64,000 nucleotides of DNA from an uncultured Thermoplasmata archaeon (GCA_963768855.1 CAVYJM010000006.1:768001-832000), one strand, 5' to 3'; numbered from the stretch's first letter, positions 1 through 9,355 are shown. The notes: a model not told the origin generated them from the letters alone. Numbers and translations: made by a program.

Positions 1-1
1 C

Positions 2-1324
2 GTCCTGGGTTTCCGGGCAATCGACGCGGGGTCCGTGGAATCCCTCGCCTACCTGATCCTCGGAATTCCGCTGGCCCTCGTGGGGACGCTCCCTTGGGTC
101 AAGATCAGCCGCCGCGTTCCCCAGCTGCTGACCGTTGCTTCGATTGCCGCGAGCACGGCGACTCAGGTGCTCGGGGTCTACGCGTCCCAGGCGGCCGCCG
201 GGCTGCCCGCCGATTTCGGTGCCGTCTTCGGCGTCTACAACAACTACATGCAAGAGAACACGGTCTTCCTCGCCCTGGTTCAGTTGGGCCTCGCCGCGCT
301 CGCCACTTGGGTTGCCTCCGGCGTGTTCTCGCGCCTCTGGGCCCGCCGGCGCGGCGTCGAGACGGACCGTCTCCGGAAGCTCCGCACACGGTTGCAGATC
401 ATCTTCCAAGACCCCTACGAGTCGCTCAATCCGAGACACACGGTCTACAGCATCGTCGCGGAGCCCCTGCTCGTGAACCGGATTACCCGGAGCCGGTCCG
501 AAACCGAGGCACGCGTCGAGCAGGCCCTGCAGGACTCGGGCCTGCGGCCGCCGAAGGAGTATCTCCTCCGCTACCCCCACGAGCTGTCGGGAGGGCAGAG
601 GCAGCGCGTGGGCATCGCGGGTGCCCTCGTCCTCGAGCCGGAGTTCCTCGTCGCGGACGAGCCGGTCTCCATGCTGGACGTTTCCATCCGCACCGAGATC
701 ATCGAACTCCTCCTCGAACTCCGCCAGAAGCGCAGCCTCACGTACCTGTTCATCACTCATGACCTCTCCCTCGCGTACGTCCTCGCGGACCGCATCGGAG
801 TCATGTACTTGGGCCAGATCGTCGAGGAAGGACCCACGGAGCAGCTCATCTCGAACCCGCGTCATCCGTACACGAAGGCCCTCATCTCCGTGGTCCCCAT
901 GCCGGACCCAGACCGGAAGCGGGAGCGGATCATCCTCAAGGGAGAGCGGCCGGATCCCTCGGACATCCCCTCGGGATGCCGGTTCCACCCGCGGTGTCCC
1001 GTCGCCTTCGAGCGATGCGGCTGGACCTCGGACGAGGTGCTCGAGTCCCTCCGTCACCGCGCGGCCGGGGCGGAGTCGGCCTACCTTCAGGATGCCGTGG
1101 TGCAGGGGCCGGACGCGATCGTCTGGCCTCACGTGGCGGACGGATTCGAGCCGTGGCTCCGCGGGCTCATCGCGTCGCGGTCGGAGGAGGATCGCGCCCT
1201 GACGGCGATCCAATCCATCGAGAAGACGGGCGCGGGCGCGAAGGTGATCCTCCACGCGTTCGAGGAGCCCGCACTGAAGACGGCCGCTCCCAACGTCATG
1301 GTCGCATGTCATCTCTACGGCTGA
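2..1324 (+). CDS. Oligopeptide/dipeptide ABC ATPase (DppF/OppF-like), 5'-partial, with hydrophobic insertion
   Basis: Q-loop QIIFQDP, signature LSGGQRQR, Walker B FLVADEP, H-loop FITHD, HPYT and CRFHPRC...ACH tail. Frame is open to the window edge; Walker A is not in the window. Confidence 0.85.
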   Translation, partial: VLGFRAIDAGSVESLAYLILGIPLALVGTLPWVKISRRVPQLLTVASIAASTATQVLGVYASQAAAGLPADFGAVFGVYNNYMQENTVFLALVQLGLAALATWVASGVFSRLWARRRGVETDRLRKLRTRLQIIFQDPYESLNPRHTVYSIVAEPLLVNRITRSRSETEARVEQALQDSGLRPPKEYLLRYPHELSGGQRQRVGIAGALVLEPEFLVADEPVSMLDVSIRTEIIELLLELRQKRSLTYLFITHDLSLAYVLADRIGVMYLGQIVEEGPTEQLISNPRHPYTKALISVVPMPDPDRKRERIILKGERPDPSDIPSGCRFHPRCPVAFERCGWTSDEVLESLRHRAAGAESAYLQDAVVQGPDAIVWPHVADGFEPWLRGLIASRSEEDRALTAIQSIEKTGAGAKVILHAFEEPALKTAAPNVMVACHLYG

Positions 1325-1414
1325 CGCCGCAAACGGATCTCGCGAAATCGGGGGGCCGAAGGACCTATCTTCCCGTGGGTCTTAGCCTGAGATGACGGGC
1401 GCAGGGGGCGGTCG

Positions 1415-2863
1415 ATGGCACACGCAAGGCTCACGGTCCTATCGCGCGACGAAATCGAGGCTATCCACGGCGCCACCCTGACGCTTCTCGAACGGGTGGG
1501 CGTCAACGTCCGGGAACCGAGCGCCCTCCGGCTTCTCGTGGATGCGGGTGCGGTCCACGAGGAGGGGACCGAGCGAGTCCGGATACCCGAGCCGTTGCTT
1601 ATGGAGGCCGTCCGTGGCGTCCCGAAGCAATGGACGTGGCATGCCCGGGAGGCCTCGAAGAGCTTCCGGCTCGGCGACGGGGGCCGCACTCGCCTGGGCC
1701 CCGGTTCCGCATGCACGAACATTGTCGACTACGCGACCGGGCAGGCCCGTGCGCCCACCGAGAAGGACGGCGACGACCTCGTGCGGTTGATGGATGCCCT
1801 CGAGTTCGCCGACATCAACTATACGCCGGTTTCCCTCGGCGCCTCCTCGGATTCCTCCGGGTACCGCGAGGTCGCCACGCTCGTGCGGGACCTCCGCAAC
1901 ACGTCGAAGGTCTTCGTGGGTCCCTCGTACGACGGGACCATGGCGAGGGAGGGTCTCGAGATCGCGAAGCTTCTGGCCGGCGGTGAGGAGGCCCTCCGCA
2001 AGCGGCCGATGATGGCGGGATACTGCGACCCCGTCAGCCCGCTGACCCACGACCGCATGATGACGGAGACCCTCCTCGAGTATGCGCGGTGGGGACAGCC
2101 CGTGTTCTTGATGTGCCTCGATCTCGCGGGCGCATCCGCCCCGGCCAGCCTCGCGGGAACCCTGGTGCAGCAGAACGCGGAGATCCTGAGCGGAGTGCTG
2201 ATCGCATTCCTGGTCAATCCGCAGACCCCGGTCGTCTACGGGAGCGTCAGCGGGACGATGGACATGAAGGCGGGAAACGCGGCGGTGGGCGGTCCGGAGT
2301 TCGGGCTCATGAGCGCCGCCTCGGTCCAGGTCGCCCACTTCTATGGCTTGCCTTGTTCCACGGGAGGGCAGTCCGACGCGAAGATCCATGATGCCCAGGC
2401 GGCGTTCGAGAAGGGCGCCTCGCTGCTCGCCTCCATGCTCGCGGGCGCCGACATGGTCGACCTCTACTTCGGCTCCTATGAAGGGTTCAACGCGACGAGT
2501 CCAGAACAGATCCTCATCGATCACGAGATCGCGGGCTACGCCCACCGCTACGCCCGCGGGATCGAGGTCGACGAGAGCAGCCTTTCCCTCGATCTGATTG
2601 GAACCGTGGGGCCGGGGGGTAGCTTCCTGAAGGATCCCCGATCGCTCCGGGATACGATGTCTCGGATGAGGACGGAGTGGTATCTCCCCCGGCTGTTCGA
2701 CCGGAAGGTCCCGGACCCGACCGCGCCGCGCAAGACGGTCCTCGAGATCGCCCATGAGGCCGCTGCGGCGATCCTCCGCGAGCACGTTCCGACGCCGCTC
2801 GACCCGGAACTCCTGAAGGAGGCGAACGCGATCCTCCAGCGGATCCGGAAACAAGCGGCGTGA
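1415..2863 (+). CDS. mttB: MttB-superfamily (non-pyrrolysine) corrinoid-dependent methyltransferase, paralog 1
   Basis: EIEAIHGATLTLLERVGV N-terminus, PVSPL, GASAPASLAGTLVQQNAEILSG, SDAKIHDAQAAFEK; 482 aa with no internal TAG. Confidence 0.9.
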   Translation: MAHARLTVLSRDEIEAIHGATLTLLERVGVNVREPSALRLLVDAGAVHEEGTERVRIPEPLLMEAVRGVPKQWTWHAREASKSFRLGDGGRTRLGPGSACTNIVDYATGQARAPTEKDGDDLVRLMDALEFADINYTPVSLGASSDSSGYREVATLVRDLRNTSKVFVGPSYDGTMAREGLEIAKLLAGGEEALRKRPMMAGYCDPVSPLTHDRMMTETLLEYARWGQPVFLMCLDLAGASAPASLAGTLVQQNAEILSGVLIAFLVNPQTPVVYGSVSGTMDMKAGNAAVGGPEFGLMSAASVQVAHFYGLPCSTGGQSDAKIHDAQAAFEKGASLLASMLAGADMVDLYFGSYEGFNATSPEQILIDHEIAGYAHRYARGIEVDESSLSLDLIGTVGPGGSFLKDPRSLRDTMSRMRTEWYLPRLFDRKVPDPTAPRKTVLEIAHEAAAAILREHVPTPLDPELLKEANAILQRIRKQAA

Positions 2864-2951
2864 ATGGCACTCCGTGCTTAGGCTGACCGAAATCTTAAGC
2901 CAAGACACCGCATCCTCTCAGGAAAGGCCGGGAGGCGATTCGGTGGTATCG

Positions 2952-4127
2952 ATGCAACACGGGGCCTCGACGACGCGGAGAAGGAAAGCCGGAGACCGAT
3001 TAGCGGCGCTGCGCGCGGTCGATCGACCCCTCCATCGTGCTGCCACCTTGCCCGGGTCGTTCTTCAGCGATCCCGATGTGTTCGCACGGGAAAACCGGGC
3101 GCTCTTCCAGCGCTCGTGGATGTGCGTGGGGCGGGAGGACGAGATTCCCCATCTGGGCGACTTCCGCACCTACGAGGTCGGAGGATCCGGCGTCTTCGTA
3201 CTGCGAGACACGGATGGCCGCCTCCGCGCATTCCACAACGTGTGTCGCCACCGCGGCACGCGACTCCTCGAGGACGCCTCGGGGAGCGGGCTGAGCGTCA
3301 TCCGGTGTCCCTACCACGCCTGGACCTACGACCTGAAGGGCCTCCTCGTCGGCGCCCCCCACATGGAGGGGGCCGAGGAATTCCCCCACGAAGACTATGG
3401 CCTGTACCCTGTCCGCGTCGAGACATGGCGCGGCTTCCTGTTCCTCAGCCTCAGCGGGAACGCGGAACCCCTGAAGGACTACCTCGGCGAGTTCGTGGAC
3501 CGGGCCGCTCCATATCCCTTGGAGCGTCTCCGGCGGGCTCACCGGTACGTGTACGAGATCGCCGCCAACTGGAAGCTCGTCGTCCAGAACGCGAACGAAT
3601 GCTATCATTGCCCGGGAATCCACCCGCAGCTCGTGCGGCTCACGCCCTATCGATCCGGGGAGGAGGACCTGAGGAAGGGACCCGTGTTCGGAGGATGGAT
3701 GGATTTCGTGGACGGGGCGCGTACCCTCACGCCGGACGGGCGCACGCCCCGCCGGACGTTCCCCGGTCTCTCGAAAGAAGACCTCGGACGGGTGTACTAC
3801 TATGTCCTGTACCCGAGCAACTTCCTCAGCCTCCTGCCCGACTACGTCACCCTGGACTGGTTCATCCCGCTCTCCGCCGACCGCACGCGTCTCGTCTTCG
3901 ATCTCTACGTCGACCGGGACGAGGGTGACGCGGCGACGGACGCGATGGACTTCTGGGACACGACGAACCGCCAAGACTGGCACATCTGCGAGATGGCGCA
4001 CCTCGGCTCCCGGACGATCGCCTATACGCAGGGCCGCTATAGCAGCGAGGAGGAGGTCGTTCACCTCATCGACCGGTACTATCTCAAGCGGATGGGGCTG
4101 CTCCCGCGGGCCGGCCGAAGGTCCTAG
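2952..4127 (+). CDS. Rieske non-heme iron oxygenase alpha subunit (choline monooxygenase/CntA/GbcA-like)
   Basis: Rieske CRHRG...CPYHAW, mononuclear iron NECYHCPGIHP, C-terminal QD..ICE; ATG 2952 after GGTGG. Confidence 0.88.
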   Translation: MQHGASTTRRRKAGDRLAALRAVDRPLHRAATLPGSFFSDPDVFARENRALFQRSWMCVGREDEIPHLGDFRTYEVGGSGVFVLRDTDGRLRAFHNVCRHRGTRLLEDASGSGLSVIRCPYHAWTYDLKGLLVGAPHMEGAEEFPHEDYGLYPVRVETWRGFLFLSLSGNAEPLKDYLGEFVDRAAPYPLERLRRAHRYVYEIAANWKLVVQNANECYHCPGIHPQLVRLTPYRSGEEDLRKGPVFGGWMDFVDGARTLTPDGRTPRRTFPGLSKEDLGRVYYYVLYPSNFLSLLPDYVTLDWFIPLSADRTRLVFDLYVDRDEGDAATDAMDFWDTTNRQDWHICEMAHLGSRTIAYTQGRYSSEEEVVHLIDRYYLKRMGLLPRAGRRS

Positions 4128-5056
4128 CCGCCTTTCGTGGCTCCGCCGCGGCGCTTCAGGGCAGGGTTCAGGATTTCCTCGATCCCGTACCCAAGCATGG
4201 CGAACCCCAGCACGAGGACCGTGATGCAGATTCCGGGCGGGAGGAACCACCACCACTTCCCGGTCAGCATCGCACTGGCGGTGTAGGCGTAGTTGACCAT
4301 CTGGCCCCAGGTCTCGACGCCCTGCGGCCCCAGCCCGAAGAAGGAAAGGAACGCCTCCGTGAAGATCGCGCTCGAGACCGTGAGCACGGCCTCGGCCCAG
4401 ACGAGGGGCATCACGTTGGGGAGGATGTGACGAGCGAGGATGTATGCCTTCCCCGCGCCGACCGCCCGTGCGCGTTCAATGAACTGACGTTCCTTCAGGG
4501 ATAGCACCTGGGATCGGATGACGCGAGTCGTCGTCGGCCAGCTCACGAGAGCGATCGCGAAGACGATGGTCGCGAGGCTGTTGCCCAGGATGGACACGAT
4601 GACCAGCACGAACGGAAGCCACGGGACCACGAGGAAGAAGTCCGTGATCCGGGAGAGGATCTGGTCCGTCACCTTCCCGTAGTAGCCGGCGATCAGACCA
4701 AGGGACGTCCCGAGGATCATCGCGGCCAAGGATGCCACAAAACCAATGAGCAGGGAGATCTGGCTCCCGTAGACGATGACGTTCAGGATATCCTTCCCGA
4801 AGTGGTCCGTCCCGAGGAGGTGGGCGCTGGACGGCGGAAGGTCGTTCGGATACAGGGTCAGGAAGCTCTGGTAGGGCCCCACCAAGTAGGGAGCGAAGAC
4901 GGCCAGGACAACGAAGAACACGATGATGACCATCCCGGCCAAGGACAGCTTGTTGCGCAAGATCTGAATGAAGGTCTTCTTGCCCCGCGCGAGGGTTGCC
5001 AGAAGACGCTCCCGAAAAAGGGAGTAACTATCCGGTGTCGCGGTCGCGGTCCCCAT
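4124..5056 (-). CDS. Peptide ABC permease (DppC-like)
   Basis: LGTDHFGKDI, GSQISLLIG, EAA-like FIERARAVGA, HILPNV. Confidence 0.9.
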   Translation of the reverse strand: MGTATATPDSYSLFRERLLATLARGKKTFIQILRNKLSLAGMVIIVFFVVLAVFAPYLVGPYQSFLTLYPNDLPPSSAHLLGTDHFGKDILNVIVYGSQISLLIGFVASLAAMILGTSLGLIAGYYGKVTDQILSRITDFFLVVPWLPFVLVIVSILGNSLATIVFAIALVSWPTTTRVIRSQVLSLKERQFIERARAVGAGKAYILARHILPNVMPLVWAEAVLTVSSAIFTEAFLSFFGLGPQGVETWGQMVNYAYTASAMLTGKWWWFLPPGICITVLVLGFAMLGYGIEEILNPALKRRGGATKGG

Positions 5057-5059
5057 GGA

Positions 5060-6067
5060 TCAGGTCTCCTGCACGCGCGGATCGAGGAACATGTAGAGCA
5101 CGTCCGCGACCGCGTTGGCAATCACGACCCCAATTGTTGCGATGAGGAACACCGCGGACAGGACGGGGAAGTTCTGGTTCTGGGTCGCGGTCCACGTGAG
5201 AAGGCCGATGCCGCTGATGTTGAACACGGTCTCGATGACGATCACGCCACTTACGACCCAGCCAAAGTACAGGGCAGACGCGGTGACGACGGGCAGGCGA
5301 GCGTTCGGCAGGGCGTGCCATCGGAGTTGCTGCCTCTCGTTGAGGCCTTTTGCCGCCGCGGTCACCATGTAGTCCTCCGGGAGGACCTCCGTCAGGGAGT
5401 TCCGGAGGGTCAGGGAGAACCAAGCGACGTTCGTGATGACGAACACGAGGATCGCGGGGATGTAGTAGTAGAGCGTGGCGATCGAGTCTTGGATTGGCTC
5501 TCCGACGAGATGGAGCATGCCCGGCTGCGGGAAGAGTCGGACCTCATACGTGAATGCGAAGACGATGACGAGAGACACCCAAAACGAGGGCATGGAATAC
5601 CCGGCTAACGTGGAGAGGGTGATCGTGACATCGGTCTTCGAACCGCGTCTCCAGCCGGACACCCGGCCGAGGACCATGCCCGCCCACATCGTGACCACGG
5701 TCGCGATGCCAATGAGGGTCAGGGTGACACTCAGTGCGGGGGCAATGATCTGCACGACGGGTACGCCGCCCAGGGGCTTGGTCAGTGAGGTTCCTAGGTT
5801 CCCCTGGAGGAGATTACCCATGTAGATGACGAACCTCTGCAGGATTGGCTTGTCGAGCCCCCATTCTGCGATGAGCTGCTTTCGGATCGCGCACTCGCCG
5901 CCGCCTCCGACAGAGCTGTTGCCTCCCCCGCCGCACCCCCTCGGGGTCACGCTGAACGTGGGGTCTCCGGGCAGGACCTGAAAGATGAAGAAATTTAGGG
6001 CGGTGATGAGGAAGATTGTCACCACGATGAGGACGGCTTTCCTCAGGAGGTACCTCCGGAAGTTCGT
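5060..6067 (-). CDS. Peptide ABC permease (DppB-like); start proposed at ACG 6067 (first canonical GTGs are near 6025)
   Basis: LPGDP, GNLGTS, YMVTAAAKGL, HALPNA, VIETVFNISGIG; the in-frame upstream extension NFRRYLLRKAVLIV is a typical DppB N-terminus. Confidence 0.88.
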   Translation of the reverse strand, partial: TNFRRYLLRKAVLIVVTIFLITALNFFIFQVLPGDPTFSVTPRGCGGGGNSSVGGGGECAIRKQLIAEWGLDKPILQRFVIYMGNLLQGNLGTSLTKPLGGVPVVQIIAPALSVTLTLIGIATVVTMWAGMVLGRVSGWRRGSKTDVTITLSTLAGYSMPSFWVSLVIVFAFTYEVRLFPQPGMLHLVGEPIQDSIATLYYYIPAILVFVITNVAWFSLTLRNSLTEVLPEDYMVTAAAKGLNERQQLRWHALPNARLPVVTASALYFGWVVSGVIVIETVFNISGIGLLTWTATQNQNFPVLSAVFLIATIGVVIANAVADVLYMFLDPRVQET

Positions 6068-6112
6068 TCTAGCGCCTCCTCAGGGTTTCCTCATCACCTT
6101 GGTTCTCCGTTG

Positions 6113-8995
6113 CTACGGCTTCGGCGGGAGTTCGATCTTCGCCTCCGCTTCCTCCTTCTTCTTTCGCCGTCTCATCATGTACACAGCCAGGATGGCCGCA
6201 GCCACAATGACCACCACCGCGACGATCGCCCCAATGATTAGCGGGGTGAACAGCGGTTCCGGCGTGGTCGTTGGGGCAAGGGCGAAGTTGACAACCGCCG
6301 CCGAGCCCGAGGTGACCGAGATGCCCGTCTTCGACTGGGTAGCGTAGCCCGTTGCGCTGGCGTTGACCGTGTAGGTCCCGGGTTCCACGCTGATGTTGAA
6401 CTGTCCCGCGCTGTTCGTGGAGCCGGAGGTCTGCTGCCCGTTGCTCGCGGTCACATAGATCGCGGCGGCCGCAATCACGGCGTTCGTTTGCGAGTCCGTG
6501 ACGGTCCCGGTGATCCATCCGAGAGCGGGGGTCAGCGAGAAGTCCTTCGTGGTCGTCGCGTTCGCGGTTATCGTCACGGACTGCGCTGCCGACGTGACGT
6601 AGAAGTGCGCCGAAGCGACCGCATCGTACGTCCCCGGGGCCAGCGTGATATTGTATAACCCGCTGGCCGGCGTCGTTGATGAGGACGCGCCGCCCGGCAT
6701 CGTGGCGACGACCGCGTCCTTGATCGGGCTGCCAGAGGTGTCTTTCACGACTCCCGCTAGCCAACCGATGATTGGCGGCGCCTCAGTCACGTTCAGGTAC
6801 ACCGGACCTTGCGTCGTCACGCCCGTGTATCCGTCCGACACGGTCGCGCGGATCGTGTAGTTGCCCGTGCGATTCCAGTAGTGCGTACCCGTTGTGCTGC
6901 CTCCGGAGGCGGTGCAGTTCGTCACCGTCTGGTCGTGCGGGCAGTAGGTCGTGGTCCCATCGCCCCAGTCCCACGTGAAGTTCAGTGTGTCCGGGGGGAC
7001 CGTGGGGTCCGTCGACGTGGCGGTGAGGCTCAGGCTCGTGTTCACGATCCAGCTGGCGTAGGTCGGATAGTGGATCACGGGCGAGGTCGGCGGCTGGTTC
7101 TGGACGATCGCAGAGCAGGTCGGGCAGGTGATGTTGAAGAACAGCGGGTTGGCACCCCAGAACGCGTTCATCTGCATGTACGGGTCGTGGTTCCAGTCGC
7201 CCCAGTTCGTCCACACGTCCGTCCGCATCGCCCATTCCCCGTACGGATAGACGTAGATGATGTACGGGGCCATGTCGTAGTTGATCTTCTGCGCCGCGTG
7301 GACGTCTTTGATCCGCTGGTTCAGGTCGAAGTCCGCGAGCTGCGCCAGATAGTAATGGTTGTACGTCGCGTTGTTCCAGAAGTTGTCATTCCAGTCGTCC
7401 AGCGTCCAGGACGATTGCATGGACAGGATGTAGTTCGGGTCGGGGTCCGCGGACCAGTACCAAATGTACATCTCCACCGCGCCGGCATACACGTCGGCGC
7501 TCAGGATGTCCTCCGTCGTCTCGGGTTTGAGGACGATCTGGATCCCGATCCGGGCGTACTCTTGCTGGAGGTACTGCGCCGTGGCGTACTCCTCGGGGAA
7601 ATCACCCGAGGGACGGGTGGCGAGGGTGAATGCGATCTTCGTCCCGGCCTTGATCGTCTTCGTCACGTTCGGCGGATCCGTCATCTGATAGGAGCCCCAG
7701 CCCGTCTGGTAGTCCACGACGATGTCGTTCCTGGCCTCCCGGTAGCCGTTCCCGAACGTCCCGCCGCTCCACAAGTCGTATCCGGACTGATTGAGAAGCG
7801 CGTTCGCTGCCTGGATGTTGTAGGTTAGATTGTCGCCACCCGCGACCGGGTCATACCACCACTGCGGCGTGACGGGGGAGACCAGCGTGTCGCCCCGCTT
7901 GCCCTCGCCATCGTAGAAGTGCTGGATGATGTAGTCCTTGTTCGTGGACATGGCCATCGCCCGCCGGACGTTGATATCGAAGCGGGCGAGGTTGAGAGAG
8001 CTCCCCGGTTTGTCATACTGGCTGATCCCAATCTCGTTCCACTCCTGGATGACCTGCAGGCCCGACTGGACGAGGATGTTCGTCTGGCCTCGAGCGGGTT
8101 CGATCGTCGACGGCGAGAACTGAGCCAGCTGGACACCTCCGCTCAGGAGGTTCGAGGCGAGGGAGTTCGGGTCGCTGAAGAACTTGAGGTAGATGTTCTG
8201 GATGTGGATATTGTCCGACCCGCTGACGTTCGCCCCGACTGCATGGTAGGAGGGGTTCCTCGACACGTGGATGTATCCGCCCGGGCTGAGCGCCGTCAGG
8301 AACTGGTTGTAGATGTTGGAGTCGGCGATGAAGGGGCCCGTGCCGATCGGGTTCGCGTTCGCGTAGGGGATGCCCCCAGGGCAGCCGGCGGTCCCGCCCG
8401 CGCACGATGGGTCGACCGTCCTCCACTGCGCTTGCTGCACGATCGGACCGAAGATGTCCTCGCCCGCGACGAAGGGGATCTTGAAGTAGAGGATCACCTG
8501 CCACGGGTTCGTGGAGGAGATTACGGCGCCGCAGTGGGGTCGGGTCTTCGAGGTACACTGCACGACCTGGTTGAAGTACGGCTCGTATGCCCACAGGGAC
8601 GCGAGGTTCTGGCTGTCGTAGTTCCAGGTGAACGCGACGTCGGCGGCCGTGAGATCCGTGCCGTCCGACCACTTCACGCCCTGGCGCACGGTGTAGGTCC
8701 AGTTGAAACCCGCCGCATCGTGCGTGGCACTCGTGATGATGTTGGGAATGAACGTCCCTTGTCCATCGAATGCAAACGGATAGTCGTACAGTAGGCCGTA
8801 GAGGAAGTAGGATGGGTCATTGATCCCGCGGTACGGATTCAAGTAATCGATTGTCTGCAGGAAGCCGATTGTGAGGTCCGGCGCCGGTACGGCTTTCGCG
8901 GTGATCGCGAGCCCGACTGGCCCGACCACCAAGGTCTGCAGCAACAACGCGACGGTCACTAGTCCACAAATCAACGCGACGTTCAAGGACTTCGT
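6113..8995 (-). CDS. Family 5 ABC substrate-binding protein with PKD and two carboxypeptidase-regulatory-like domains and C-terminal membrane anchor
   Basis: Signal-like N-terminus, VKWSDGTDLTAADVAFTW, GTGPF, FTWDWGDG (PKD), GxVxD repeats, TM helix plus RRRKKK tail; start uncertain (8995 ACG, 8986 TTG or 9061 ATG). Confidence 0.85.
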   Translation of the reverse strand, partial: TKSLNVALICGLVTVALLLQTLVVGPVGLAITAKAVPAPDLTIGFLQTIDYLNPYRGINDPSYFLYGLLYDYPFAFDGQGTFIPNIITSATHDAAGFNWTYTVRQGVKWSDGTDLTAADVAFTWNYDSQNLASLWAYEPYFNQVVQCTSKTRPHCGAVISSTNPWQVILYFKIPFVAGEDIFGPIVQQAQWRTVDPSCAGGTAGCPGGIPYANANPIGTGPFIADSNIYNQFLTALSPGGYIHVSRNPSYHAVGANVSGSDNIHIQNIYLKFFSDPNSLASNLLSGGVQLAQFSPSTIEPARGQTNILVQSGLQVIQEWNEIGISQYDKPGSSLNLARFDINVRRAMAMSTNKDYIIQHFYDGEGKRGDTLVSPVTPQWWYDPVAGGDNLTYNIQAANALLNQSGYDLWSGGTFGNGYREARNDIVVDYQTGWGSYQMTDPPNVTKTIKAGTKIAFTLATRPSGDFPEEYATAQYLQQEYARIGIQIVLKPETTEDILSADVYAGAVEMYIWYWSADPDPNYILSMQSSWTLDDWNDNFWNNATYNHYYLAQLADFDLNQRIKDVHAAQKINYDMAPYIIYVYPYGEWAMRTDVWTNWGDWNHDPYMQMNAFWGANPLFFNITCPTCSAIVQNQPPTSPVIHYPTYASWIVNTSLSLTATSTDPTVPPDTLNFTWDWGDGTTTYCPHDQTVTNCTASGGSTTGTHYWNRTGNYTIRATVSDGYTGVTTQGPVYLNVTEAPPIIGWLAGVVKDTSGSPIKDAVVATMPGGASSSTTPASGLYNITLAPGTYDAVASAHFYVTSAAQSVTITANATTTKDFSLTPALGWITGTVTDSQTNAVIAAAAIYVTASNGQQTSGSTNSAGQFNISVEPGTYTVNASATGYATQSKTGISVTSGSAAVVNFALAPTTTPEPLFTPLIIGAIVAVVVIVAAAILAVYMMRRRKKKEEAEAKIELPPKP

Positions 8996-9037
8996 CCGAA
9001 ACCCTCCCGTCCGCGCCGGTCCTTGCGGCCCGACGTC

Positions 9038-9043
9038 TTTAAG
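9038..9043 (-). promoter_or_regulatory. Probable TATA box (CTTAAA) of the ABC operon
   Basis: AT-rich hexamer about 30 nt upstream of the GGAGG at 9007-9003. Confidence 0.45.
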
Positions 9044-9188
9044 TGATTGACGGACCCCCATAAAAGGGTACTGTCATGACACTAGTACTCCATGCGTGCA
9101 AGAGCGTCCTTGCGAGCTTTTTGTCTGCGTCGATAGTACGCTTTCGTGCGACACAACCGGACGTATCCGAGGGCCATCCCTTGAGGGA

Positions 9189-9273
9189 TGCGTGGGCCAG
9201 GATTCGAACCTGGGAACCCCTGCGGGAAGGGATCTTGAGTCCCTCGCCTTTGACCTGGCTTGGCTACCCACGC
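9189..9273 (-). tRNA. tRNA-Leu (CAA)
   Basis: Reverse complement folds as a cloverleaf: acceptor GCGTGGG/CCCACGC, anticodon arm AGGGA-CTCAAGA-TCCCT, long variable arm, GGTTCGAATCC; CCA not encoded. Confidence 0.96.
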
Positions 9274-9355
9274 ACGGTGCGCGGAGCGTGGCCTTCTCCT
9301 ATAATCTTTGTCGCGGGCCGGCGGGGCCCCGAAGCGTTTTTGTCGTGGCGCCGCC

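Noticed and set aside
4124-9273. Genomic island integrated at tRNA-Leu
   Set aside because: No integrase, and no duplicated tRNA 3' end was spotted
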